Origin: a virus
Taxonomy: Duplodnaviria > Caudoviricetes
Length of the DNA: 61,722 nucleotides
Direction: 5' to 3' (one strand)
IMG/VR virus record: IMGVR_UViG_3300017714_000006
Location: 1 to 61,722 of that record
This document shows, piece by piece, positions 1 to 9,173 of this stretch (the stretch's first letter is position 1; each line of letters begins with the position of its first letter). The notes under the pieces were generated by a model. It was given only the letters and a program-made list of their open reading frames with translations. It was not told where the DNA came from and searched no databases. The translations under genes and the position numbers were made by a program.

Positions 1-1380
1 GATATCATCAATTCTACCAGTTTGTGTAGTGATGTCGCCTTCTGCTGAAGTTACACGTGTTTCAATTGCGTCTACTTCTCCGTGAATTTCGTTGATAGCA
101 GGAACAATTTCTGTTGCTGTTGTATCTAATGATGTTGTAACATCACCAACTACATCTTCAAGTGCTTGCACTTCAGATTGTAGTGTATCAACGTTGCCTT
201 CTTCAGTTGTTAAACGTGTGTCTAACGCTGTGTCGGCCGCTTTATAGGCTGTGTCAACTGCTTTAAGTGCCGCGTCTAATTTCTTGTCTGCGTCTTTTAA
301 GTCACTTGCCGCTGTTAAGTAGTTTGTTGTTGCGTCTGCTGTATAACTACCATCTGCACCTAGACCAGCACCTGTTTGTGTGTCATCTAGTTCAGTTTGG
401 ATAGCTGTATCAGCCGCTGCAAAATCAGTTCTGATGCTTGTATCAGCATTCTGTCTTGCAGTTTCCTCAGAAGCAATATCAGCCGCGTTTGCCGCCTCAG
501 CTCCTCTGGCAGTAGTTGCCTCTGCCGCTAAATTTGTTGTTAAGGTTGATATATCTGCGTTAGTGGCTGAAATTTCAGCTGCCAAGCCATTTGTTAATGT
601 TGTAATATCACCTTCATTAGCTGTAACACGAGTGTCTAAGGCATTATCTGCCGCTACTCTTAATCCTGCTTCAGTAACTACCGCTGCTGCGTTAGTTGCC
701 TCAACACCTTGTGCTCTAGTAATCTCAGCCGCAATATCATTTGCGTTTTGAGTTTCTGCCGCTGTTGCTCTAGTAACCTCATTTGAGATTGCTGTGGCAT
801 TCGCTGCAATACCTGCCGTAAATACTGAGTCTGCACTTTGGAATGCAGTTACAATTTCACTAAGCGAGTCTAGTGCTGCTGGGTCTGTGTTACTGATAAT
901 GTTTGTAATCTGGGATTGTAATGCCGTATCTGCTGCCTTGTAAGCAGTATCTAAGGCACTCTCAGCCGCTTGAGCACGTGATTCTTCGTTTGAAATAGCA
1001 GTTGCATTTGCCTGCTCTGCTGCACGAGCCGTTGTAGCTTCGGTTGTAATTGCTGTTGTATTTGCCGCCTCTGCCGCTGTGGCACGATTCGTTTCTACTA
1101 AGACTGCTGCCGCGATATCTGAAGCAACTGCTGTCTTGGCTCTAGTATCAGTAAAGTATAAGTTTGAGCCTTCTGTTAAATCATCGGTATCATATGAACC
1201 AATAAGATCAGCTGCTGAAACTTTCTTCAAAGAAGATGAAGCCGCGACGTGTAATAGAATTGTATCTAACGAATTAACTGAACTTGCACCTGTTTGGCCA
1301 GAAACGGATGCTGCGTCTAGTTTGGATTCGGTGACCGATGCGTTAGCAAGAGCCGGCGTTTTTATTTGTCTAAAAGCCAT
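1..1380 (-). CDS. Coiled-coil tail fibre / virion adhesin, 3' end runs off the window (absent from the ORF track)
   Basis: ATG at 1380 with GGAGA SD. Translated by eye as MAFRQIKTPALANASVTESKL...TDDLTEGSNLYFTDTRA..., with Ala-rich ExxRAxAAE repeats and NIISNTDPAALDSLSEIVTAFQ. The frame is still open at base 1 (TRVTSAEGDITTQTGRIDDI). Confidence 0.8.
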   Translation of the reverse strand, partial: MAFRQIKTPALANASVTESKLDAASVSGQTGASSVNSLDTILLHVAASSSLKKVSAADLIGSYDTDDLTEGSNLYFTDTRAKTAVASDIAAAVLVETNRATAAEAANTTAITTEATTARAAEQANATAISNEESRAQAAESALDTAYKAADTALQSQITNIISNTDPAALDSLSEIVTAFQSADSVFTAGIAANATAISNEVTRATAAETQNANDIAAEITRAQGVEATNAAAVVTEAGLRVAADNALDTRVTANEGDITTLTNGLAAEISATNADISTLTTNLAAEATTARGAEAANAADIASEETARQNADTSIRTDFAAADTAIQTELDDTQTGAGLGADGSYTADATTNYLTAASDLKDADKKLDAALKAVDTAYKAADTALDTRLTTEEGNVDTLQSEVQALEDVVGDVTTSLDTTATEIVPAINEIHGEVDAIETRVTSAEGDITTQTGRIDDI

Positions 1381-1394
1381 GTTAGATTTCTCCA

Positions 1395-1460
1395 ATCAAT
1401 ATATTGATAAAAACATATAAATTCTTTTATATGCCCAATACAATGAGTTCACACTCATTG
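1395..1460 (-). promoter_or_regulatory. Three consecutive inverted repeats in the 5' leader of the fibre gene
   Basis: CAATGAGT-TCAC-ACTCATTG (1441-1460), CATATAAA-TTCT-TTTATATG (1414-1433) and palindrome ATCAATATATTGAT (1395-1408). Confidence 0.5.
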
Positions 1461-1466
1461 CGTAAT

Positions 1467-1475
1467 GTATTTATC
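1467..1475 (-). promoter_or_regulatory. Late (gp55-type) promoter
   Basis: GATAAATAC on the minus strand, intergenic and upstream of the fibre gene; resembles T4 late TATAAATA. Confidence 0.7.
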
Positions 1476-1522
1476 TTTAAATTGTGGGAATTATAACGTA
1501 TGAAAATGATATAATTATGACT

Positions 1523-3106
1523 TTAGTTTGGTAAGTATCTAAAGTCTACTACTGCGTCAGTGGACGGTGCAGTAGTAATGGTTAGCGTTGATCCGCTAAT
1601 GCTATAATCAGTTGGTGGTAGGATTAATCCATCTACAATAACTAATACACTATGAACACTATGTCCAGGTTGTATCAAATAATCTGTAGTAGTAGAGTCT
1701 CCTGTATACTGACTACTAGTATATATCAAATTTAAGTGATGGTTTTCTATACTGTTATTGGCTGGTGAAGACATTGTTGCATATGGATATCTATACTTAA
1801 CATAAATATTAAATCCAGAATCTGGTAACACATTAAATGTTAGTGTTGTTCCACTTACAGAGTAAATGCTAGGTCGTTGTAAGACATCGTTAACATACAC
1901 ATCAATTTCTTCTTCTCCTGCTGGAGCATCACTAAGTGTAAATGCGTAAGTTACGCCGTCTGCTGTAAATTCTTGTGATGCTGGAAGTGACGACTGTGTT
2001 AGTTGACCATCTACAAAACTAAAATTACCATTACCATCTGTTTGTAATATCTGTCCATTTGTTCCGTCACTAATACCTAAGTCAAGTATTCCACTTACAT
2101 CACTGGCAATTGTTATGCCTTTTGAACCAGGAGTTGTAACTGGTGTAATAGTAATATTATTACCAGCACGGATATCAATTTCGTCAACAGCACTTGCAAC
2201 AATATCAGTTGGTGTTAAGTCACTTACTGTATTGTATATGTGCCACGTTTTAAACGTTGACTCAAGTGTAATTGTAACTGTGCCATCACTGTTGTCTGTT
2301 AGTGCAAAACCACCGTTGACGTCAAATTTTAGTCCTGTTACATCTGCTACACTTACGTTTGATACCGGGTCGTTAATTTCTTCAACTGTAAGTGCCAAAT
2401 CGCTTCGTATAGCGGTGTTTACGTTAGCAAGCTCTGTTGTTGTTGCGAAGGCACTATCTGCCGCTTGGAAGCTGTTTACAATTTCTGTAAGTGAGTCTAG
2501 TGCTGCAGGATCTGTATTTGATATTATATTAGCTACATCTGATTGTAATTGAGTAATATCTGCTGAAATACTTGCTGATGCTACACCAAAGTTTCCGCTG
2601 TATGTAGCACCTGTAATATAAACACTTTTACCAGTAAATGATTTACCGTCTGGTAAGTTATCGCCAATAAAGTTTAATACACCTGATTGATAATCAAAGA
2701 ACCATTCGTCATTATTACCACTACCAGTAGTAAAGACTTTGTTAGCCATTGTTTCAGCACCAGCAGGATCTCCGCTAGTGTGAATATAAACGTTTACAAG
2801 ATATGTTGATCCAAATTCAGTTGGAATCCAGTCTGTTATTCCTGTTTTCCATGTTCTGTTTGTTGTTGCTGTAATATCAGCTGTGGCTTCAACTGCCGTT
2901 TGTAGCGTTACATAGCTACTAGAAGCAGAAGGTTTTACACTTGGTATTTGCCCCGACTCAGCCCAAATCGTATCACCACGTATTAATAGTGGACTTGGTA
3001 AACTTTCGTTGGCAGCCAGTTTGTTAAAGACTGTGTCAGTCTTAGTGGCACCGAATCCAACTTTCTTAAATAGATAGTCTAACTTTTGATTGTCGGATAT
3101 TGCCAT
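1523..3106 (-). CDS. Virion structural / fibre protein with two C-terminal beta-sandwich repeats
   Basis: 527 aa. Contains DPAALDSLTEIV fibre module, DGTNGQILQTDGNGNFSF motif, and two FTxDG...VxVxxxxxxPxxYSxSGxTLT repeats. Confidence 0.7.
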   Translation of the reverse strand: MAISDNQKLDYLFKKVGFGATKTDTVFNKLAANESLPSPLLIRGDTIWAESGQIPSVKPSASSSYVTLQTAVEATADITATTNRTWKTGITDWIPTEFGSTYLVNVYIHTSGDPAGAETMANKVFTTGSGNNDEWFFDYQSGVLNFIGDNLPDGKSFTGKSVYITGATYSGNFGVASASISADITQLQSDVANIISNTDPAALDSLTEIVNSFQAADSAFATTTELANVNTAIRSDLALTVEEINDPVSNVSVADVTGLKFDVNGGFALTDNSDGTVTITLESTFKTWHIYNTVSDLTPTDIVASAVDEIDIRAGNNITITPVTTPGSKGITIASDVSGILDLGISDGTNGQILQTDGNGNFSFVDGQLTQSSLPASQEFTADGVTYAFTLSDAPAGEEEIDVYVNDVLQRPSIYSVSGTTLTFNVLPDSGFNIYVKYRYPYATMSSPANNSIENHHLNLIYTSSQYTGDSTTTDYLIQPGHSVHSVLVIVDGLILPPTDYSISGSTLTITTAPSTDAVVDFRYLPN

Positions 3107-6100
3107 TAGTTAGCTTCTCCTATTGATAGACTGTTTATTTGTTTGCCGCTTGCAATTGCTATTCTAACTAACACAACATTGTTTGTTGCATTACTCATAT
3201 TTTCTGCACCAAGTGTCATTGTATAGTTTGAATTAATGCTTGAGCCTGTTGGCACAACGTCTGCACCTGTTAACGCACAACCATCTGCACCGTTACCTCC
3301 GTTTCCGGTATCACTACCAGGAACACCTGCACCTGCATATTGACTTGTGCATTCAAGCCAACCATTTAATCCACTTGCGGTATCTATGCCAGTACCAGGA
3401 GCTGCAATCCACATACCTGCAATACCCGTAGAGTTAATGCTAATGTCGAAGTTAGCAACAACTTGTCTACGGAATGCAAATGTAAAGTATTGTGTTCCTG
3501 TATCTGAACTTCTATCAGGACCAACTGGTAGGTAGCCTGTGCTATAATCTGTAGTGTCGTGTTTTAACACACCCCATCTTACAGTAGCTTCTTGGCTTCC
3601 ACTTACACTAACTGCACCAGTAAATGGTGTAGCAGTATAATCAGTTGATCCGACAATAGTAGGAGTGTCCGTAGAATCCGCCACAAAGTCTGCAATACGA
3701 ATTGCATTGTCTGTGACTACCCCATTACCTAAACTGGATTCTACAGGTATGGACGACTCAATTATTCCAAATGGTGTCGCTGTATGCACTTGAACTTTCT
3801 CGGGAAGAGAAACAAAGTTTCCAGTGCCATTGACATTATATGCTCTAACTTTCAAAGTTTCCACAGCCGCTATACTTGAATTAGTAATATCGATTGTTTG
3901 ATCAGCAAATTGATAAGTTAAAGTGTTCGCTGTTGGAATGCCAGCGTTTAGGTAAGGGGTATTCTCTAAATCTGAATAACTCTTATATTGAGTGCTAATA
4001 GTAGCACCCGAAGTGCTTTCTAAATTAGCACCGTTGGATATTTCAAACACATTATTTGTATCTCTATATGCTTGTCCAATCCAGTTGTTTACTGTAACAC
4101 CAGCCATTGTTAATTTTGGGCTTCCTGTGTTATAGTATGGTATGCCCGAAATATATCTATAGCTACCTGCAACACCTTCTGTTAGTGTTGCACTAGCTAC
4201 GTCAATAGTTGGGCTACTTGTTAGGTCATCACACACTATTGTAACATAGTTTGTGTTGCCTGTTTCACTGTGTTCTATACGTTGGTCGTTAACACCAATT
4301 GTATATTCAGAAAATGGTTTAGAAATTTTTGAATCAAATGTTTGATAGAAACCTGTAGGATAAGTTGAAGAACTTATACTATCGTTTGCATCTCTTTGAT
4401 CACTAACAACAAGACTTCCAAAAGTGCCGTTTTCGTTTAAGGAAGTTGTAAAGTTTTGAGAACCATCGTCAACGCCATTGACAACTGATTTTAATGTTCC
4501 ACTTAATCCATTGTATGAATTTTGTGCAACACTAGTGTCAAGGTTTCCACTTGTGTATCGTCTTGCTGTAGTTGTTTCCAAACTTGCACCTGCTACTAAT
4601 GGAGCTGATGCACTGTTTTCTGTAAACCCATGTGCTAGTCTAGGACTAAGTCCTTGTGCTGAGTCTGTCAGTGAAATTGTTTTGCTACTTAATCCGCTTG
4701 GTGCCAATGGCACTGCATTTACTTGAAATGTTAAGTTAGCTGAATCTGTTTGTGCGGTTATGTCTGGTGTTCCGCTTGCTGTAAAATCTAATTGGTAGTT
4801 ACCTGGTGTAACACCTGTAAAGTCATGTTGGACACTGTTTAGTCCTGCTTCATTATCATTAGCACTGCCATCGTTCCAATCATATTCATGATTGTCACCA
4901 TTTTCACTTGTGTTGTTTACAGTAACTAATGCTCTGTTTACGCCGTCATAATCTACGCCGTCATATACGTCATATTGATTATCACCATTACGATCTGAAA
5001 CTGTATCTGCACTACCCGAAATGTTTGCTCTAACATCTGGTTCTACATGAATTGTAAAGTTTGAACTTGAGAAAGGACTGTTACTATGATTGTTTATAAC
5101 TTGTAAGTTACCTGTAAAGTCTTGAGGTGTGTTATTGCTTGAAAGTGTATACTTGTGTGATATTGTTTGTCCTGTATCACCAGATTGATTACTTCCTGCA
5201 TTTACTGTTGTAATTGTTCCGTCACCAAAATCCCATCTATAAGTTGTTCCAAACTGTGAATGATTACCAATTGTATTTTCTGTATTGTTTGTAAATATTA
5301 CAGTAAGACCGTTATTGGATTCTTCGTTAATACCTGTGGTAAGATCAGATGTTGTATCTGGTGTGTGTTCATCATAAATTTTATACGAAGCATCATCGTC
5401 AATTGGGAGTAATGATGGCGTTGCTGTGTTATGACTGTCTAATGTTAGTGTAACGGTTCTTTGCACTTCTTGTTCTGTGCTAAGAGCAAACGTGTGAGCT
5501 AAACGTCCTCCGCCGACACCGCCTGCTACACTATCGCTATTAATAACTTCATCTGATGAGCCATCGCCCCAATTCCATGTGTATTGAATTGTTGCTCCTG
5601 ATGTGTTAGTTGTTGTATTTTCAAAATAGACAGTTGCGCCATCATCCCAATATGTAATTGCGTTGCCACCTGTTGGTGCATCGTATACTACAAATGAAAC
5701 TGCTGGATCGCCTGTAAAAATGGCTATGTAATCTTCTCTTAATTTTTGTGCTGAGCTTCCTGCTCCTGTTCCTGTATTGTTAAACGCTGTTACGTTTACA
5801 TCAAATGGAGATCCGCTGTTGGAAGCATATGTATGTGTTGGAGTTGAATCTGTTGTAGCAGTAGTTGTATTTCCATCACCCCAATCAATTGTATATCTGT
5901 TTGGATTACCTACTGAGCTAATAGTTAGTGTTGCTGTTAATCCTGCACCACCTGATGTTAAGTCAGAAACAAAGTCTATAGACTTAACATAAGAATCTGT
6001 TCTTATATTTTCAATGATTTCGAGTATGTCTGTTGTATCTGCATCATTTCCGCTATCAACAGCCGTGAGTCTATTTTCTAAAAATATTTTTGTGACAGCG

Positions 6101-6240
6101 TCTTGGTCATCAACAGGATCTACTACATTAACGATTCTGTTTGTTTGGGCACTAATATTGTTATTGCCCTCTGCATCAAGTTTTAAATCCTTGCCACTTG
6201 TTGATATCTTTCCACTATTGTGGTTAATATTAATCGACAT
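3106..6240 (-). CDS. PKD/Ig-like repeat virion protein (adhesin-like)
   Basis: 1044 aa. Four WxxGDG-type repeats (IDWGDG, WNWGDG, WDFGDG, YDWNDG), each followed by HxY/F. N-terminal RIVNVVDPVDDQDAVTK neck-like motif. Confidence 0.75.
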   Translation of the reverse strand: MSININHNSGKISTSGKDLKLDAEGNNNISAQTNRIVNVVDPVDDQDAVTKIFLENRLTAVDSGNDADTTDILEIIENIRTDSYVKSIDFVSDLTSGGAGLTATLTISSVGNPNRYTIDWGDGNTTTATTDSTPTHTYASNSGSPFDVNVTAFNNTGTGAGSSAQKLREDYIAIFTGDPAVSFVVYDAPTGGNAITYWDDGATVYFENTTTNTSGATIQYTWNWGDGSSDEVINSDSVAGGVGGGRLAHTFALSTEQEVQRTVTLTLDSHNTATPSLLPIDDDASYKIYDEHTPDTTSDLTTGINEESNNGLTVIFTNNTENTIGNHSQFGTTYRWDFGDGTITTVNAGSNQSGDTGQTISHKYTLSSNNTPQDFTGNLQVINNHSNSPFSSSNFTIHVEPDVRANISGSADTVSDRNGDNQYDVYDGVDYDGVNRALVTVNNTSENGDNHEYDWNDGSANDNEAGLNSVQHDFTGVTPGNYQLDFTASGTPDITAQTDSANLTFQVNAVPLAPSGLSSKTISLTDSAQGLSPRLAHGFTENSASAPLVAGASLETTTARRYTSGNLDTSVAQNSYNGLSGTLKSVVNGVDDGSQNFTTSLNENGTFGSLVVSDQRDANDSISSSTYPTGFYQTFDSKISKPFSEYTIGVNDQRIEHSETGNTNYVTIVCDDLTSSPTIDVASATLTEGVAGSYRYISGIPYYNTGSPKLTMAGVTVNNWIGQAYRDTNNVFEISNGANLESTSGATISTQYKSYSDLENTPYLNAGIPTANTLTYQFADQTIDITNSSIAAVETLKVRAYNVNGTGNFVSLPEKVQVHTATPFGIIESSIPVESSLGNGVVTDNAIRIADFVADSTDTPTIVGSTDYTATPFTGAVSVSGSQEATVRWGVLKHDTTDYSTGYLPVGPDRSSDTGTQYFTFAFRRQVVANFDISINSTGIAGMWIAAPGTGIDTASGLNGWLECTSQYAGAGVPGSDTGNGGNGADGCALTGADVVPTGSSINSNYTMTLGAENMSNATNNVVLVRIAIASGKQINSLSIGEAN

Positions 6241-6294
6241 ACTCTTCCCTTTTTCAACTTTACCATAACGGTTATGTTACTTACGCTATGTATA

Positions 6295-6882
6295 TTATAC
6301 AGTAACGCTAGAACGGAAGTGCGAAACAATGTTCCAACTGCCATTTACAAATACTAATGTTGCACTATCGCCTTTTGCTGTAAAAGTGATTGAAGTAAAA
6401 CCTGCTCCATTTGTTGGAGTAACTGTAACAGGACCTGTTGGAGTATCTGATACAGTAATAATTTTTTGTTGACCTTCTGTGCCATTGGCTAAAGCAAGAG
6501 AAACTGCTGTCGATCCGTCAATTGCTGATAATGACGTTCCTGCTGTAATTTCTGTTGTTTCAGTTGTTGTGCTTACAATAACTGTTTGTATATTGAGTTG
6601 ATCCCACATATTGGAACTACTACCAATATCGTGTGTTTTTGTAACGCTTGGCAGTAAGTCAGTTGATATGTTGCTGTTAAATGCTACAGATCCGCTTGCG
6701 TTTCCTAGTGTTATAACATCACCAGATGAAACTATTGAACCTTCTATATATAAATGTCCACCGACCCATGCGCCGCCTTCGACATGCAGAGCAGAATCTG
6801 TGCTACTTAAAGCATTTAAATCAAGATCTTTAATACTTTTAATTACTAACTGATCGTTATCTGGTTTTATATATGATGCCAT
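6295..6882 (-). CDS. Putative virion structural / small fibre protein
   Basis: 195 aa, beta-rich, with ALHVEGGAWVGG and a C-terminal ITFTAKGDSATLVF...W motif. Lies downstream of a late promoter. Confidence 0.6.
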   Translation of the reverse strand: MASYIKPDNDQLVIKSIKDLDLNALSSTDSALHVEGGAWVGGHLYIEGSIVSSGDVITLGNASGSVAFNSNISTDLLPSVTKTHDIGSSSNMWDQLNIQTVIVSTTTETTEITAGTSLSAIDGSTAVSLALANGTEGQQKIITVSDTPTGPVTVTPTNGAGFTSITFTAKGDSATLVFVNGSWNIVSHFRSSVTV

Positions 6883-6916
6883 ACGCTATTTCTTCCTTAT
6901 GTTCTCTTTACAATAT

Positions 6917-6925
6917 GTATTTATC
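6917..6925 (-). promoter_or_regulatory. Late promoter
   Basis: GATAAATAC upstream of the 6882 start. Confidence 0.7.
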
Positions 6926-6953
6926 TAAAAAAAGGATTATGTATATTTGAAAT

Positions 6954-6978
6954 AAAAAAGGGCCCACCTGGGGCCCTT
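6954..6978 (-). terminator. Rho-independent terminator of the porin-like gene
   Basis: AAGGGCCC/GGGCCCTT stem with a 5-nt loop, followed by a T-run on the minus strand. Confidence 0.85.
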
Positions 6979-7006
6979 GATTATTGCAATAATTTTTAAA
7001 TTTTAA

Positions 7007-7816
7007 TTAAAATTTAAATGAAGCACCGATTGCCGGTGTTAAATCTTCTGAATCTGTATCATAAGATGCTTCTGCATAAAGGTCTAGTCCAGCTAGTTTA
7101 CCTTTAATACCTGCGCCAACATGTTGAAGTTTATTATCTTCATCACCGTTAGCAAAGTATGAGATAGCTCCTGTTGATGCATTTACTTCGTATGCTAACT
7201 TATTAGCTGCATATGTTATAGTATTGCCTACTGATAGGCTTGATGAAACATCAAGGTTTGAACTAAATCCATAAGATTTTTCTTCAGTATCAGTATTCCA
7301 ATCAACTGCTGCACCCATTCCAATAACTCCAACTTTAAAGTCGTATGCTACTTGAACATTGTCAAGGTCAGTTACATCATTTGATAGGCCATCAAAACCA
7401 GCCATTGCTGATAGGTTACCCATTTTTGCCATCAATGATTCATTGACAGTAGGATTAGCAAGAGTAGTTGAACCTACTTTTTCTAGTCCTGCATCTGGAA
7501 ACAAGTCGCCTTGCTTACCTAATGACACTGTTGAACTTGCTACAGTTGTTCCAATTTGCCAGTCGCCTAGTGAAATTGTTCCGTCTGTTACTTTAATATC
7601 AAAACCACCAAATGCTGGTCCTTTTCCATCAAAGTCAAGTTTAAGTGTTGTGTTGCTGACATACTTGTCAGTTGTTGTGTTTTTGGAAACATCAACTTCA
7701 ATTGACGTAGTCAGCGGTAATGCTGGTGCTGGTGCAACTGGTGTTGATGCTGTTTCGGCATGGGCTGCGAATGATGTCGCAAAAAGAATAGCCAAAACGC
7801 TTGCTGTTATTTTCAT
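7007..7816 (-). CDS. Outer-membrane beta-barrel (porin-like) protein
   Basis: Sec signal peptide (MKITASVLAILFATSFAAHA|E), alternating amphipathic beta strands, C-terminal beta-signal ending in Phe (AIGASFKF). Confidence 0.75.
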   Translation of the reverse strand: MKITASVLAILFATSFAAHAETASTPVAPAPALPLTTSIEVDVSKNTTTDKYVSNTTLKLDFDGKGPAFGGFDIKVTDGTISLGDWQIGTTVASSTVSLGKQGDLFPDAGLEKVGSTTLANPTVNESLMAKMGNLSAMAGFDGLSNDVTDLDNVQVAYDFKVGVIGMGAAVDWNTDTEEKSYGFSSNLDVSSSLSVGNTITYAANKLAYEVNASTGAISYFANGDEDNKLQHVGAGIKGKLAGLDLYAEASYDTDSEDLTPAIGASFKF

Positions 7817-7890
7817 AGTTTTTCCTCTAAAATGCTAACTTCGTAGTCAGCTTTTCTAAATTAGTCACAAAAAGACTAACTTTAATCTGT

Positions 7891-7919
7891 ATTATACATT
7901 GTTTTGTGAAACTTGTCAA
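7891..7919 (-). promoter_or_regulatory. Consensus sigma70 promoter for the porin-like gene
   Basis: TTGACA (7919-7914), 17-nt spacer, TATAAT (7896-7891). Confidence 0.85.
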
Positions 7920-7936
7920 CCTAATAGTTGACTTTT

Positions 7937-7944
7937 TATTTATC
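7937..7944 (-). promoter_or_regulatory. Possible late promoter upstream of the porin-like gene
   Basis: GATAAATA directly after the capsid-gene terminator. Confidence 0.45.
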
Positions 7945-7946
7945 AG

Positions 7947-7977
7947 AAAAACAGGCCCTTATAAAAATAAGGACCTG
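7947..7977 (-). terminator. Rho-independent terminator after the major capsid gene
   Basis: Minus strand reads CAGGTCCTTAT-TTTT-ATAAGGGCCTG-TTTTT. Confidence 0.8.
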
Positions 7978-7999
7978 CTTTTTGTATTCTAGCTTAAGA

Positions 8000-9163
8000 T
8001 TACTTAAATGATAAGTTACCTGCATTAACGTCAATTTTCGCTAAGTAGTCAGCTGCATTACCAAGTGATGAAGCTTGGTTGTTTAGCTCTACATAACCAT
8101 AACGTGTCATAAATGACACTGTTGGCTCGAAAGTTGCCGGGTCTAATACTGTGCCTGAAGACATAAGTGGGATGTATGGGCAATAGAACGCTGCTGCGTC
8201 GATTTCGCCTTCACCTTTATATCCAACTAGGACTGGTGTAGCATCAGAGGCATATTGATCAACAAATACACGAACAGTGTTATTCAAAGTTCCAACAAAT
8301 TTAGTGTTAGTTGGTGCTTCAAATGGACCTTCAGTTGTTCTTGCGAACGCTGAAGTTGTCGCACTTTGTAGAACAGTTAACATAGTTGGTGAAACAACTA
8401 CATAGTTACCTGCGCCACGACGTGTTCTTGCTGCGATCAAGTTAGCCGCTCTGTTAATAAGAACTGCCAATGCCGCGTGTTGGTCTCCAACGAAAGTTGC
8501 TTGACCTGATACAGCTGACTGATCATATGTGTCAGTAGCCGCGCCTGCTAGTGTGCGTAGTGAAGTTAATACTTCTTGATCAATCTCAGCAGTAATTTCT
8601 TGTGCAAGTGCTTGCATAATTTCTGCTTCAACGTCTAGACCGTGCATTGAATTAGCATCTTGTGCCGCTTCAAAAGTCCAACGTGCTGATAATTTACGTG
8701 TTTTCGCTTCAACTGTTTGTTTCAACACTTGAATTGACATTTTACGTCCAGCTTCTGCTTCTAAAGATGAAGTTGAAGATGGGCCACCTGTTGACGCATC
8801 ACCTGAATAACCTTTTGCAATTGCAAATGGGCTAAGTGCTTCATCACCTGCGGCAACGCCTGCTGCTGCTTGTGAATAACGGATACGCAATGTGTGGATC
8901 TGGCCTACTGGACCAGTCATTGGCTGAACACCAACAAGTTCGTTTGCAATAACTGTCGGCATTACACGTCTAATTACTGGCAAAATTACCTTGTTTAATG
9001 TTGCGATGTTACCTGACATAGTTGAGCCGGCAGCCGCTGATTCTGAAAGATAGCTCTTGGTATTCTCAAGAACTGATTCCATTACCACCTTTTTATTGCC
9101 GTCTAAACCGTCAGTTAGGGCGTCTTTTGTTACGTCCCAATTTTCAAATAAGTTTTGTGACAT
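8000..9163 (-). CDS. gp23: Major capsid protein, T4 gp23 family
   Basis: LPVIRRVMP, GVQPMTGPVGQI, VEAKTRKLSARWT, AFYCPYIPL, DPATFEP..FMTRYG. Probable LSE|S maturation site near residue 41. Confidence 0.97.
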   Translation of the reverse strand: MSQNLFENWDVTKDALTDGLDGNKKVVMESVLENTKSYLSESAAAGSTMSGNIATLNKVILPVIRRVMPTVIANELVGVQPMTGPVGQIHTLRIRYSQAAAGVAAGDEALSPFAIAKGYSGDASTGGPSSTSSLEAEAGRKMSIQVLKQTVEAKTRKLSARWTFEAAQDANSMHGLDVEAEIMQALAQEITAEIDQEVLTSLRTLAGAATDTYDQSAVSGQATFVGDQHAALAVLINRAANLIAARTRRGAGNYVVVSPTMLTVLQSATTSAFARTTEGPFEAPTNTKFVGTLNNTVRVFVDQYASDATPVLVGYKGEGEIDAAAFYCPYIPLMSSGTVLDPATFEPTVSFMTRYGYVELNNQASSLGNAADYLAKIDVNAGNLSFK

Positions 9164-9173
9164 GGTATACTCC

